From contig CBDCTK010000002.1 of NCBI GenBank assembly GCA_965222225.1, forward strand, positions 3,264,001 to 3,328,000: 64,000 bases of DNA, read 5' to 3'. Position numbers and translations under genes: made by a program. How positions within the stretch are numbered: position 1 is the stretch's first letter; the number at the start of each line of letters is the position of its first letter. The notes under the pieces are model-generated. The model searched no databases and had not been told where the DNA came from. It worked only from the letters and a program-made list of their open reading frames with translations. This document shows positions 10,491 to 20,111 of this stretch, piece after piece. Origin of the DNA: Candidatus Poribacteria bacterium (GTDB lineage: Bacteria > Poribacteria > WGA-4E > JAJDTR01).

Positions 10491-12938
10491 TCAGGAGGCA
10501 ACACCTGCGTCGTCAATCACGCCCAATTTCCCGCTTACATCACCGGTCTCGCCTAATTCAACTGGCATCTCGCCGGAAGGTGCGTTGCCTTGTCCCATTC
10601 GTAGCTGACGTTCAGCATCAACCACATCGCGGTTGATTTTTGCGATACATCGATCTAATTTGTCCAACAGTGTGCCATGTCCCTCCATTGCGCGGCGTGC
10701 CTGACGGAGAAAGTCTATCACAAGTCGAAATGAACGGACAAAATCGCCGTCAGCAAGATCCGCATACCTGTGGAGTTCCTCAAATTCGCAACCTCGGCTC
10801 CAGGCAAGCATTGCCGTACTCAGCTTGGTTTCAAACTTCGGCGTGACCTCCGCAACACGGTGCAACGCTTCCAGAACGCGCAGACCTTCAATCTCCCTAT
10901 CCGCCGATTTCAGAACCTGTTTTAATCGGTTGTCATACAGTTTTCGATAGTGCCCCGAATCCTTCCGTGGTTCGGAGACAATCGCCATCATCAAGACATT
11001 GATATCGTCTTCGCCCAGCTTCTCAAAAAAACCACCAAACAGCAACAGAGAGATTTGCATTTCATAACCCGAAATCCGTGAGGCAATCTCCCCTCTAGGT
11101 AACAAATCAGCTTCCCCTATATAACCGAGTTCTTCAAGCACTTTAAGACGGGATGCAATCTGCCTTTGCTGAAAGTGCTCAAAATGATCGCGTTCTCGGA
11201 CGAGGGTTTCAACTTGGCTGGTGAATTGCTCAATTTCCTGATACTGTTGCTGGCACAACTTAAATCGTTGGCAACCGTGGCACAGACTGTCCTGTAATAT
11301 GGACTCAACTTGTCGCATCTGCTGATTATTGTAAGCAAGTTTCTTGAGCCGCATTCGCTTATTCTTGCTGCCACGGTGTTTTCGTTTTATTTCTAGGCGT
11401 TTTGCTTTAAGAGTTTGTTTCTGATCTGTGACGTCGTTGAGGAGATCGAGGTAGTTGGTAACCTGCTCGGAGGCATCCAAATGTTCGTGAACACAGATTG
11501 GCAACGGCGAACTCTTGAGCCCCTTTTCGGCGTGCTTGAGGTCTTTATCAATTTTACGAATTCGCGTGTAGTTTTGGAAATTACTTAAGCTAACCGTACA
11601 AACATCGTATATGTCATTGCCGTACTTCTGGTACAGATTCAAAATGCTTGAATAAGAGAGGTTAAATTGACTCCCAATCGACTCAATCTTATCGGAGGTG
11701 ATTTTTCGGACCTTCTCAGTGTCCGTAAATCGAGGATTGACCCTGGCATAGACGTAACCGACGGGATCGATGCCGCGCCGCCCGGCGCGTCCCGCCATCT
11801 GATGATATTCGCGTGCTTTTAGATAGCGGAAACCGACTCCATCGAACTTTTCTAGGCCCTCAAATATCACCGTACATGCCGGCATGTTAATGCCCACAGC
11901 GAACGTTTCTGTCGTGAAAAGCAACTGCACCAGCCCGGAAGTAAACAGTTGTTCGACTACTTCCTTCAAGGTAGGCAGCATCCCGGCGTGGTGGTAGGCG
12001 ACCCCTTTCAAAATCAGACTGCGCAACTCGGACGCCTTCCGATTATCCTGAATACCGTGCCGTACGCACAGCGAATCAAACAGGACGAGGATCTGTTCCC
12101 GTTGTTCCGCTTTAAGAAAACTACGCCGGGAGGCGTGGGCATAGGACTCGGCGTTTCGCTCACACTGCTTGCGGCTAAAGGAGAAGTATAGACAAGGCAG
12201 CCGCTTACGTTTTTGAACGTAATCCACCAGATCTTCGCGAACCAGGTTGGGCATTCCATCAGCAACGATTTCGTCAACCTTCTCGTCGTCATGAAGATGA
12301 TTGAATTTGTCGATAATCTGTTGACTCCGCAGCAGATCGTCGATTGTCCCAATGCCATATCCGTCGAGGTAGAGGTAATGTTCAAGGGGCACGGGCCGTT
12401 CAAGTTCCTGAACCACATCAATCTCTATCTCTCGGACGCTGCGCATCCAATCCCCGAACTGATTGATATTCGGTATGGTCGCGCTCAAACACGTAAATTT
12501 AATATGTTGTGGAGCGAAAATGATGCTCTCTTCCCACACCGTCCCCCGTTCAACGTCGTTGATGTAATGAATCTCGTCAAAGATAGCGTATTCTACATCC
12601 GACAAGCGCTCAATATCGTCAAAAATCGTGTTTCTGAAGATTTCCGTTGTCATCAACAGAATCTGGGCATACGGATTGAGCACCACATCTCCCGTTAGGA
12701 TACCCACTCGGTCGCCATACCGTTTATAGAAATCTCGATATTTTTGGTTACTCAGAGCTTTGATTGGCGCCGTGTAAATCACGCGTCGATCGTCCTGAAT
12801 ACACTTGTCAACTGCATACTCCGCAACCACCGTTTTGCCCGCTCCGGTTGGAGCGGCGACAATGACAGAACGCTCCTGATCTATTGCCTGGATAGCTTCT
12901 TCTTGGAACCGATCGAGCTGTAAACCCCTGTAGAACAT
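10491..12938 (-). CDS. Ski2/HelY-like DExH RNA helicase
   Basis: APTGAGKT, PIKALSNQK, DEIH, LSAT, HHAGMLP, QMAGRAGRRG motifs; C-terminal DSHCT-like region. Confidence 0.9.
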   Translation of the reverse strand: MFYRGLQLDRFQEEAIQAIDQERSVIVAAPTGAGKTVVAEYAVDKCIQDDRRVIYTAPIKALSNQKYRDFYKRYGDRVGILTGDVVLNPYAQILLMTTEIFRNTIFDDIERLSDVEYAIFDEIHYINDVERGTVWEESIIFAPQHIKFTCLSATIPNINQFGDWMRSVREIEIDVVQELERPVPLEHYLYLDGYGIGTIDDLLRSQQIIDKFNHLHDDEKVDEIVADGMPNLVREDLVDYVQKRKRLPCLYFSFSRKQCERNAESYAHASRRSFLKAEQREQILVLFDSLCVRHGIQDNRKASELRSLILKGVAYHHAGMLPTLKEVVEQLFTSGLVQLLFTTETFAVGINMPACTVIFEGLEKFDGVGFRYLKAREYHQMAGRAGRRGIDPVGYVYARVNPRFTDTEKVRKITSDKIESIGSQFNLSYSSILNLYQKYGNDIYDVCTVSLSNFQNYTRIRKIDKDLKHAEKGLKSSPLPICVHEHLDASEQVTNYLDLLNDVTDQKQTLKAKRLEIKRKHRGSKNKRMRLKKLAYNNQQMRQVESILQDSLCHGCQRFKLCQQQYQEIEQFTSQVETLVRERDHFEHFQQRQIASRLKVLEELGYIGEADLLPRGEIASRISGYEMQISLLLFGGFFEKLGEDDINVLMMAIVSEPRKDSGHYRKLYDNRLKQVLKSADREIEGLRVLEALHRVAEVTPKFETKLSTAMLAWSRGCEFEELHRYADLADGDFVRSFRLVIDFLRQARRAMEGHGTLLDKLDRCIAKINRDVVDAERQLRMGQGNAPSGEMPVELGETGDVSGKLGVIDDAGVAS

Positions 12939-12971
12939 TCAAATCTCCCAAACCCAAGTAACACCGGCATG

Positions 12972-13000
12972 ATTATAACTGTTTCCGCCCCTTTTGTCAA
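12972..13000 (-). promoter_or_regulatory. sigma70 promoter of the helicase gene
   Basis: Perfect TTGACA-17-TATAAT on the minus strand. Confidence 0.75.
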
Positions 13001-13051
13001 ATGTGAATACCCGGTTAAAGGTCAATTGCACCTGATTGTTGCGACCCTGTA

Positions 13052-13222
13052 GGATCAAGCGACCGGATAGGGAGCGCGATAGTAATCCCGATAGTAAATC
13101 CCATAGCGAAGGCGATAAGGATCCCTCTCTTGATAGGGATTCCTGTAGGTGTGCAACCGTCAAATAGTCGATTTCCTCTCTTACTGCGATCAAGCAACTG
13201 AATAAGGAGTACGATAGAGATT
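13052..13222 (+). repeat. GATCAA...TCCC element cluster
   Basis: Full copy followed by three GATA(G/A)..TCC tails, bracketed by CCTGTAGG direct repeats; second copy at 13188. Confidence 0.75.
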
Positions 13223-13549
13223 TTCAGGTTTTATGGAAAACGAAAACATGAAAATAAACCGACGGGCGACAGATGAATAGAATGAAAGTGAAGTGACTCC
13301 ATTGGTGCCTAATGCGCAAGGACGACCGCAATACTGCTCGCAACTGCAGGTCTCGATCAGGAGAAGATCTCTATCGCACTCAAATGCCCAGAAATAATTT
13401 TGCTATCTACTTTTCAAAAGGGCTCTAAATCCCTAAAATCCGACGCGGTTGCCCTGCCGTAACATTGAAATCTATAGACAAGGATTCGCGAATTGGTATA
13501 AAATACCATCTAATCGGCAGAACTATCCTATTATCGTGTGAGGAGAGCT

Positions 13550-15466
13550 ATGAAGATTTTCGTTCCCGGCCGAATCTGCCTATTTGGGGAACATAGTGAT
13601 TGGGCCGGAGGCTACCGTCGCATCAATGCAGATTTGGAAAAGGGATACACGCTGATTACTAGCACCAACCAAGGCGTGTATGCCGAGGTGAAACCCCATC
13701 CCACAAAACTTATTTTCCGCACAACGCTGAGCGATGGCGAGCGGAAGCAGCCATTTGAATTGCCGATGGAACGGGAGGCCCTGCTCGCGGAGGCCGAAAA
13801 AGGAGGGTTCTTCAGTTATGCCGCCGGTGTCGCTCACCAAATTTTGACGCATTACCATGTGCGCGGAATCGAAATCGACAACTATCTCACAGATCTTCCC
13901 GTAAAGAAAGGGCTGTCATCTAGTGCGGCAATCTGTGTGCTTGTGGCTCGCGCCTTCAACCGCGTCTACGACCTCAAGATGACCACGCGCGGCGAGATGG
14001 AATCCGCCTACATCGGTGAGATTACCACCCCTTCGCGTTGTGGTCGAATGGACCAGGGCTGTGCTTACGGCAGCCCCGTTATGATGATTTACGATGGCGA
14101 CCGGCTTGACGTCAAGGAATTCAATGTACCGAACGACCTCTACTTTGTTATCGTGGATCTCGCCGCCGATAAAGACACCAAAGAGATATTAAGCGCGCTC
14201 AATCGCTGTTATCCGTTCGCCGAAAACCAACTTCAAAGGAATGTTCAGGAGTATCTTGGACCAATCAACGCCAGAATAACAAATGCCGCCTTTAATGCCT
14301 TACGAAGTGGAGACGCTGCGCGAATCGGTCAATTGATGACGGAGGCACAAGCAGAATTTGACGCTCATCTTCAACTAGCCTGCCCTTCGCAACTGACAGC
14401 CCCGGTTTTGCACCAAATCCTCAAATATGAACCCCTGCAACCCTACATTCTGGGTGGTAAGGGAGTCGGGTCTCAAGGAGACGGTTCCGCGCAATTCATT
14501 GTCGCAGATAAGCAGATTCAGCGGAAAGTCATCGAAATCATTGAGCGCGACCTAAAAATGCCATGCCTTGAACTTGTGATCGAGGCAGGGCGGGGCGTGC
14601 GAAAAGCGGTGATCCCTGCTGCGGGATTCAGTACCCGTTTGTTTCCTGCCTCAAAGGGCATCATAAAAGAGTTATTCCCGATTATAGATCGTGAGGGAAG
14701 AGCTAAACCAGCCATCATGGCATTAATCGAAGAAGCCATAAACGCTGGAGTTGAAGAGGTATGTCTCATCGTTCAGCGCAGGGATCGCCAGCTTTTTGAA
14801 GATTTCTTCAATACCCCGCCTCCAATCGAGAATTACAACCGACTTTCCAAGGAAGACCAAGCCTACTGCCAGTACCTAATGGATATTGGACGGCAAGTCA
14901 CGGTAATCACACAGGAGGTTCAGGAAGGGTTTGGGCATGCCGTTTTCTGCACGAAGGAATGGGTCAACGGGGAGCCCTTCTTGCTCATGTTGGGCGACCA
15001 TCTGTACGCCTCCGACAGCGAAACGTCGTGCGCGAGGCAACTTCTGGACGTTTATGATCGGGTCGGGCATAGCGTTGTTGGATTGAAAACAAGCTCTGCA
15101 GAGGAACTTCATAACTTTGGCTGTGTGAGCGGTGTTTGGCAGGACGATTCTCTTCTTTCGGTAACAGAATTCTATGAGAAACCGCCGGTCGAATATGCAC
15201 GCAAGCACCTTCATGTTGATCGAATGGAGGAGGATCTCTTCCTGACGGTATTTGGACTGTATGTACTCGCGCCACAGATTTTTGACTTTCTCGAAGAAAA
15301 CATTACCCATAATCTCCGCGAAAGAGGCGAGTTCCAGTTAACCCCTTGTCTTGACACACTCCGGAAAGAGGGCAATTTTTCCGGGTATGTTCTCAAGGGC
15401 AGACGCTTTGATATTGGGCTCCCCGAGGCATATAGGGCTACAGTAATCGATTTTCGGAATGCGTGA
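13550..15466 (+). CDS. GHMP (galactokinase-like) kinase fused to a GalU-like sugar-1-phosphate nucleotidyltransferase
   Basis: N-term PGRICLFGEHSD, PVKKGLSSSAA, CGRMDQ; C-term KAVIPAAGFSTRLFPAS, EGFGHAV, LMLGD, EKP, GEFQLT, RFDIG. Confidence 0.85.
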   Translation: MKIFVPGRICLFGEHSDWAGGYRRINADLEKGYTLITSTNQGVYAEVKPHPTKLIFRTTLSDGERKQPFELPMEREALLAEAEKGGFFSYAAGVAHQILTHYHVRGIEIDNYLTDLPVKKGLSSSAAICVLVARAFNRVYDLKMTTRGEMESAYIGEITTPSRCGRMDQGCAYGSPVMMIYDGDRLDVKEFNVPNDLYFVIVDLAADKDTKEILSALNRCYPFAENQLQRNVQEYLGPINARITNAAFNALRSGDAARIGQLMTEAQAEFDAHLQLACPSQLTAPVLHQILKYEPLQPYILGGKGVGSQGDGSAQFIVADKQIQRKVIEIIERDLKMPCLELVIEAGRGVRKAVIPAAGFSTRLFPASKGIIKELFPIIDREGRAKPAIMALIEEAINAGVEEVCLIVQRRDRQLFEDFFNTPPPIENYNRLSKEDQAYCQYLMDIGRQVTVITQEVQEGFGHAVFCTKEWVNGEPFLLMLGDHLYASDSETSCARQLLDVYDRVGHSVVGLKTSSAEELHNFGCVSGVWQDDSLLSVTEFYEKPPVEYARKHLHVDRMEEDLFLTVFGLYVLAPQIFDFLEENITHNLRERGEFQLTPCLDTLRKEGNFSGYVLKGRRFDIGLPEAYRATVIDFRNA

Positions 15467-15482
15467 AACCTTTGGCTAACCT

Positions 15483-15548
15483 GTAGGTTGGGTTGAACGC
15501 TCAAGCGAGCGATTAGCGAGTGCGATAGAGATTCCCGTCAAACCCAAC
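15483..15548 (+). repeat. GTAG-family REP (GTAGGTTGGGTTGAA..AAACCCAAC) interrupted by the 37-nt element
   Basis: Compare intact copies at 18844-18874 and 44336-44366; here 15501-15536 is inserted in the loop. Confidence 0.8.
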
Positions 15549-15657
15549 TGTTTGACCTCCGTTTTTCGCCCCGGCGGGAATCTTCCACTCCTCCAATCCG
15601 ATTCAGTCAAGCCTCTTCAGAAGATAGATTTTAGTACCTAAACTTGCGTAACGCCTT

Positions 15658-17343
15658 ATGTCGGACAAGAAAATAGAAATCCTGCTGCCGGGATTGGCAT
15701 TCCTTGCCATCTGCGCCTTTGCGGCATACGGCGAACAACGTCTAGAAGGATCCAACGTCCTTGTCTGGTACAGCATTGTCCCACCCCTTCTTGCTGTCAC
15801 GTCGGCAATTGCGACACATCGATTGCTGTTGAGCCTAGGATTAGCGGTAGCCGTCGGAATTGTTCTCTCGTCAATACGAATTATGTCGTCTCACGTCTGG
15901 GATTGGTTCCCTTCTGTATACAGCCAAACCGCATCGGGCGCAAAATCGGTCGTAGATTCTTTCAACCTTTTGGTAATTCTTTTCATCGTATTGATTCTGT
16001 CGACAATCTCGGTCGTGATTGTGTCCGGGGGAATCCAAGGCATTATCCGTTGGCTCTCGCGATTTGCGAAAGGCGCGCGTTCAACCCAGTTGGTCACTGT
16101 TCTCATGGGATTTGCCGTTTTCATTGATGATTATGCCAACACGATGATAGTTGGGTCGGCGATGCGTACCGCAACCGACCAAAAACGGATTAGCCGCGCG
16201 AAACTGGCATACCTCGTGGATTCCACAACCGCTCCCATCGCGGGCTTGGCGGTGGTGAGCACCTGGATCGGGTATGAAGTTGGGCTGTTCAATGAGGTCG
16301 CCAATTCGTTAGGCATACAAAAAGACGGATATTCCATGTTTTTCGACGCCCTCGTATTTCGCTTCTATTGCCTGATAACGATCATTTTTGTTCTTGCAAA
16401 CGCACTCAGTGGCATCGATTTCGGTGCAATGCGAAAAGCGGAGATACTTGCCCGAGAAACCGGAAATGTGGTTGGTGAAGATGCGAAACTGATGTCCTCA
16501 AGAGCATTTTCGACGTTGAAATCTGCCCCATCAGCGATTGTGCACCCACTCACCGCGGTTATCCCGATTGGGACCCTTCTCGGAGTCATGTTGGTAGGAT
16601 TCTGGATCGATGGCGGCGGGAAAGGTTTCGTGCTGTCGCCATCGGCGTGGCGTGAGGCATTATCCAATGCGAACAACCTCAAAATCTTGGCAATCGCATC
16701 CGGCAGTGGTTTCCTATTGGCGATTGTCTGTGCGAAGCTGCTAGCGCGGATAAGTTTTTTCGAGATTGGAGTCGCCATAATCTCCGGTCTCAAAGGCAGC
16801 TTGCTGCCAACAGCGGTTCTCGTCCTAGCATGGAGTTTAAAAGCCGTCTGTGAGCAACTTTCGACGGGGGACTTTCTCGCAGCAACGGTCGAAGGTGTGG
16901 TTTCGCCACTATGGTTCCCCGCGCTTCTCTTCATCGTGGCGTCCCTGACTTCGTTCGCTACCGGCACCAGCTGGGGCACTATGGCGATTCTCATCCCGAC
17001 CGCCATTCCGATTGCGTATTCACTTGATGGAAGTACCTACGGATTGACGACGGCAATCAGCTTAGGAGCTGTGCTTGACGGATCAATCTTTGGCGATCAC
17101 TGCTCGCCTATTTCCGACACGACCATCATGAGCTCCATCGCGAGCGAATGCGACCCGATGCACCATGTGCGCACCCAACTTCCCTACAGCCTGACTGTTG
17201 CCGGGCTTGCGCTAATCTGTGGCTACGTCCCGGCGGCGCTGGGGATTTCATCGTTCGTCGGGATAGGTGCCGCCGGGATTCTAATCGTCCTGTTGTTCTA
17301 TGCCGTTGGCAAGTTTGGGGCGAGTCGACAAGGGATTTCATAA
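15658..17343 (+). CDS. NhaC-family Na+/H+ antiporter or amino-acid transporter
   Basis: FIDDYAN, KLAYLVDSTTAP, FATGTSWGT, GDHCSPISDTTIMSS, HVRTQLPY motifs. Confidence 0.9.
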   Translation: MSDKKIEILLPGLAFLAICAFAAYGEQRLEGSNVLVWYSIVPPLLAVTSAIATHRLLLSLGLAVAVGIVLSSIRIMSSHVWDWFPSVYSQTASGAKSVVDSFNLLVILFIVLILSTISVVIVSGGIQGIIRWLSRFAKGARSTQLVTVLMGFAVFIDDYANTMIVGSAMRTATDQKRISRAKLAYLVDSTTAPIAGLAVVSTWIGYEVGLFNEVANSLGIQKDGYSMFFDALVFRFYCLITIIFVLANALSGIDFGAMRKAEILARETGNVVGEDAKLMSSRAFSTLKSAPSAIVHPLTAVIPIGTLLGVMLVGFWIDGGGKGFVLSPSAWREALSNANNLKILAIASGSGFLLAIVCAKLLARISFFEIGVAIISGLKGSLLPTAVLVLAWSLKAVCEQLSTGDFLAATVEGVVSPLWFPALLFIVASLTSFATGTSWGTMAILIPTAIPIAYSLDGSTYGLTTAISLGAVLDGSIFGDHCSPISDTTIMSSIASECDPMHHVRTQLPYSLTVAGLALICGYVPAALGISSFVGIGAAGILIVLLFYAVGKFGASRQGIS

Positions 17344-17373
17344 TCGCTACAGTTTTTCCGCAGTCTGACCTTC

Positions 17374-18054
17374 ATGCACGTCAATGAGTTACACCGGCGT
17401 CTCGCCCAACGCTATCCACTGAGGCAGGAAATCATCCAACTGGCGAATCGGAAAATCGCCGTAACGGTTGTGGTCGATCCGGACCAATTCCTTGATGAAT
17501 TGAGCACGGAGGAGAAGGACGGCGAATTACGCCTGCCCTATTGGGCATATCTATGGCCATCTTCAATCGCACTCGCGCGTCATCTGGATCAGATGGACTC
17601 GCCGAAGTCCCAGCGGGTTTTAGAAATCGGCTGCGGATTTGGGGTGTCGGGAATCGTCGCTTCCCAACGCGGCGGAGACGTTCTGTTTACGGACTATGAA
17701 AAGGACGCGCTGCTGTTTGCGCAATATAACGCCCTTCAAAACAGCTGCATTGAGGGAGCATCTTTCGCTCAGATGGATTGGAATGCCCCATGTTTGAAAG
17801 GCCGGTTCAGCCGCATTCTGGCGGCGGATGTAGTTTATGAGGAGAAGAATTGGGAACCGATTCTCGCCCTAATCCAAGAACATCTTGCCGTTAATGGCAC
17901 GGCGATAATTGCGGAACCGAATCGAGCTAACGCGGATGGATTTTTCGATCTGTTCAAACGCCACGGATTCACGTCGGAGGAATTCGGGTATACGGCTCTC
18001 TTGGAGGAAGACCCCTCCACCATCACCGTTTACTGTATTAGGAGGGGGGGTTAA
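17374..18054 (+). CDS. Class I SAM-dependent methyltransferase (Methyltransf_16-like)
   Basis: PYWAYLWPSSIALA, VLEIGCGFG, FTDY, ILAADVVYE motifs. Confidence 0.85.
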   Translation: MHVNELHRRLAQRYPLRQEIIQLANRKIAVTVVVDPDQFLDELSTEEKDGELRLPYWAYLWPSSIALARHLDQMDSPKSQRVLEIGCGFGVSGIVASQRGGDVLFTDYEKDALLFAQYNALQNSCIEGASFAQMDWNAPCLKGRFSRILAADVVYEEKNWEPILALIQEHLAVNGTAIIAEPNRANADGFFDLFKRHGFTSEEFGYTALLEEDPSTITVYCIRRGG

Positions 18055-18201
18055 GCGACTTGGAAGAATGGAAGGGCGGAAGATTGTAATGAGGTGTAAT
18101 GGTCAGATAAATAGCAGACACTTGGAACTCTTCACAGTTTTTGTAGCCGTTTTATTCAGCGCTAATCTGCTTCCCCTCTTTTTGTCTTCTCACGCATTAC
18201 G

Positions 18202-18306
18202 TTCAACCGAACGAATAGATCAACTGAGCGGATAGCGAAGACGATAGAGATCCCAGGGCGATAGTAAATCCCGTGCGATAGAGTTTCCAGCGCGATAGAG
18301 TTCGCA
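18202..18306 (+). repeat. GATCAA...TCCC element with stuttered ends
   Basis: One 5' partial, one full copy and three GCGATAG..TCC-type tails, flanked by CACGCATTA direct repeats. Confidence 0.8.
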
Positions 18307-18373
18307 TCACGCATTAGCTACTGTAAACCATATCGTTGGCTAATACATAAAGAAGGAAGAATCTAGAACGTCC

Positions 18374-18814
18374 GTGAAAGTTGTGAAAGATACCTACCAA
18401 ACACACAGCCCGAAAGAAACACAGACAATCGGTCAACAGATTGGCGAAACCCTGAAAGCTGGTGATGTAGTCGCGCTTGTCGGCGATCTTGGAGCGGGCA
18501 AGACTTGTCTGACGCAGGGCATTGCTCGTGGGGCTCGCATCGCTTCCCACGAGGTTGTCAACAGCCCGTCCTACACCCTCATCAATGAGTACGCGGGGGA
18601 AATACCAATCTACCACATCGATCTCTACCGCCTACCAGGCCACGGCGAAATCGTCAATCTTGGATTAGAGGAATATTTGGAGGGAAACGGAATTTGCATC
18701 ATTGAGTGGGCGGACCGGATGGCCAATTTGCTGCCCGCGAACCACATCCAAATTACGATGAGTTGGGTTGATGAGTCAACCCGCGTGATTGAATTGCAAC
18801 GAATACCCACCTGA
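18374..18814 (+). CDS. tsaE: tRNA t6A biosynthesis ATPase TsaE
   Basis: GDLGAGKT, SPSYTLINEY, HIDLYRL, IIEWA motifs. Confidence 0.95.
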   Translation: MKVVKDTYQTHSPKETQTIGQQIGETLKAGDVVALVGDLGAGKTCLTQGIARGARIASHEVVNSPSYTLINEYAGEIPIYHIDLYRLPGHGEIVNLGLEEYLEGNGICIIEWADRMANLLPANHIQITMSWVDESTRVIELQRIPT

Positions 18815-18843
18815 AATAGGTCACTCGCACCCGATTCTCGCCT

Positions 18844-18874
18844 GTAGGTTGGGTTGAACACAGTGAAATCCAAC
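18844..18874 (+). repeat. GTAG-family REP
   Basis: GTAGGTTGGGTTGAACACAGTGAAATCCAAC; near-identical at 44336. Confidence 0.8.
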
Positions 18875-18968
18875 TATTTAGCCTCCATTCCTTCCCTCCA
18901 GAGAAAAGATCCATTGGGGACGGTGTGGAAGATGTTCCCCAACCTTCCGCTCTTCCATCCTTCCAACC

Positions 18969-19811
18969 CTATTCCCACGTCCGCTTCAATGGATCATGGA
19001 TATTGACCGTCAACGCAGGCCCCAACCCTTCTATCTCAAGGCGCAGCGTGTCGCCGTCTTGAATCGGCGACAGCGATTCATGGTGGGTTCCGGTGGACAC
19101 CACATCTCCCGGTTCAAGCGTCAAGACGTTGGTAACCTCCTCAAGCAATTCGGGAATAAAGCGATCCATGGAGTTGGAGGAGAAGTCATGTCGTAGGTCC
19201 TCGTTCACCCAAAGCCGGATGCCGAGTTCATTCGGGTCTTCAATCTCATCCGCCGTGACCAGTGCGGGGCCCATCGGCGCGAAAGTATGCCAACTCTTCC
19301 CAAGGAAAAAGCCTCCGTGCAAGCCGCGGGCTGAGCCGTCTATGAATTGCGTGTATCCGAATACGTGATCCATGGCGTCGGCTTGCGAAACCCGGCTTGC
19401 TGTTGTCCCGATCACCAATGCCAACTCCGGTTCAAAGTGAAAAACGGTGGCATCGGATGAAGGAAATTCGGAGGTGTCGCCTGTGCCGATAATACTCGTC
19501 GGCGACTTGAGGAACGCATTAAACTCTCCACGATCGGGTGATGCAGGTTCAATATAATTTCCGGCGAGGCAGACCAATTGGCCAGGTCGCGGTAGCGGCG
19601 CTCTGAGACGCACGTCCGCAAGTGACTCGCCGTCTCCCCCAGCAACCGCGCTTTCTATTTCAGGTTCGAGGTCGCTGAAATCCTCAATCAGCATTTTCAT
19701 CAGCTCTTGCGGCGTATGGTAGGATATGCCATCCACCGCGGAACCTGCATCAATAATTCGATCGCCCTTTATCACACCAAGTTGGTAGTCATTGAAAAGC
19801 GCAAGCTTCAT
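18969..19811 (-). CDS. Fumarylacetoacetate hydrolase family protein
   Basis: FLKSPTS, HFEPELALVIG, GKSWHTFAPMGP, LEPGDVVSTGT motifs. Confidence 0.9.
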   Translation of the reverse strand: MKLALFNDYQLGVIKGDRIIDAGSAVDGISYHTPQELMKMLIEDFSDLEPEIESAVAGGDGESLADVRLRAPLPRPGQLVCLAGNYIEPASPDRGEFNAFLKSPTSIIGTGDTSEFPSSDATVFHFEPELALVIGTTASRVSQADAMDHVFGYTQFIDGSARGLHGGFFLGKSWHTFAPMGPALVTADEIEDPNELGIRLWVNEDLRHDFSSNSMDRFIPELLEEVTNVLTLEPGDVVSTGTHHESLSPIQDGDTLRLEIEGLGPALTVNIHDPLKRTWE

Positions 19812-20111
19812 TTCTTAATCTCCTTGTAGAATCTGTTTCAAGGTGGTGTATTACTACGACATGCTGGGAAAATCCACGCGATAGCGAAAATGAATTAACG
19901 AGTAATGCGTGATACGTAATGGAGTCATTTGGACATTCGGCATCACATTATATTATGAAGGTTTCATTATAGCACGGACGATGTCAATATGGAATAAATA
20001 TCGTTGCATGGTGGGCAATGCCAACCAAAATAATAACGCAAATTGGCACGAAAAAAGGCAGGCCACTACCGACCTGCCTTCCATTACATGTGTTTCAGTA
20101 ATTTCTGTGAT

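Noticed and set aside
13052-18306. CRISPR array interpretation of the GATAG..TCCC tandem units
   Set aside because: Units are not identical, have no 25-45-nt unique spacers, are dispersed, and there are no cas genes.
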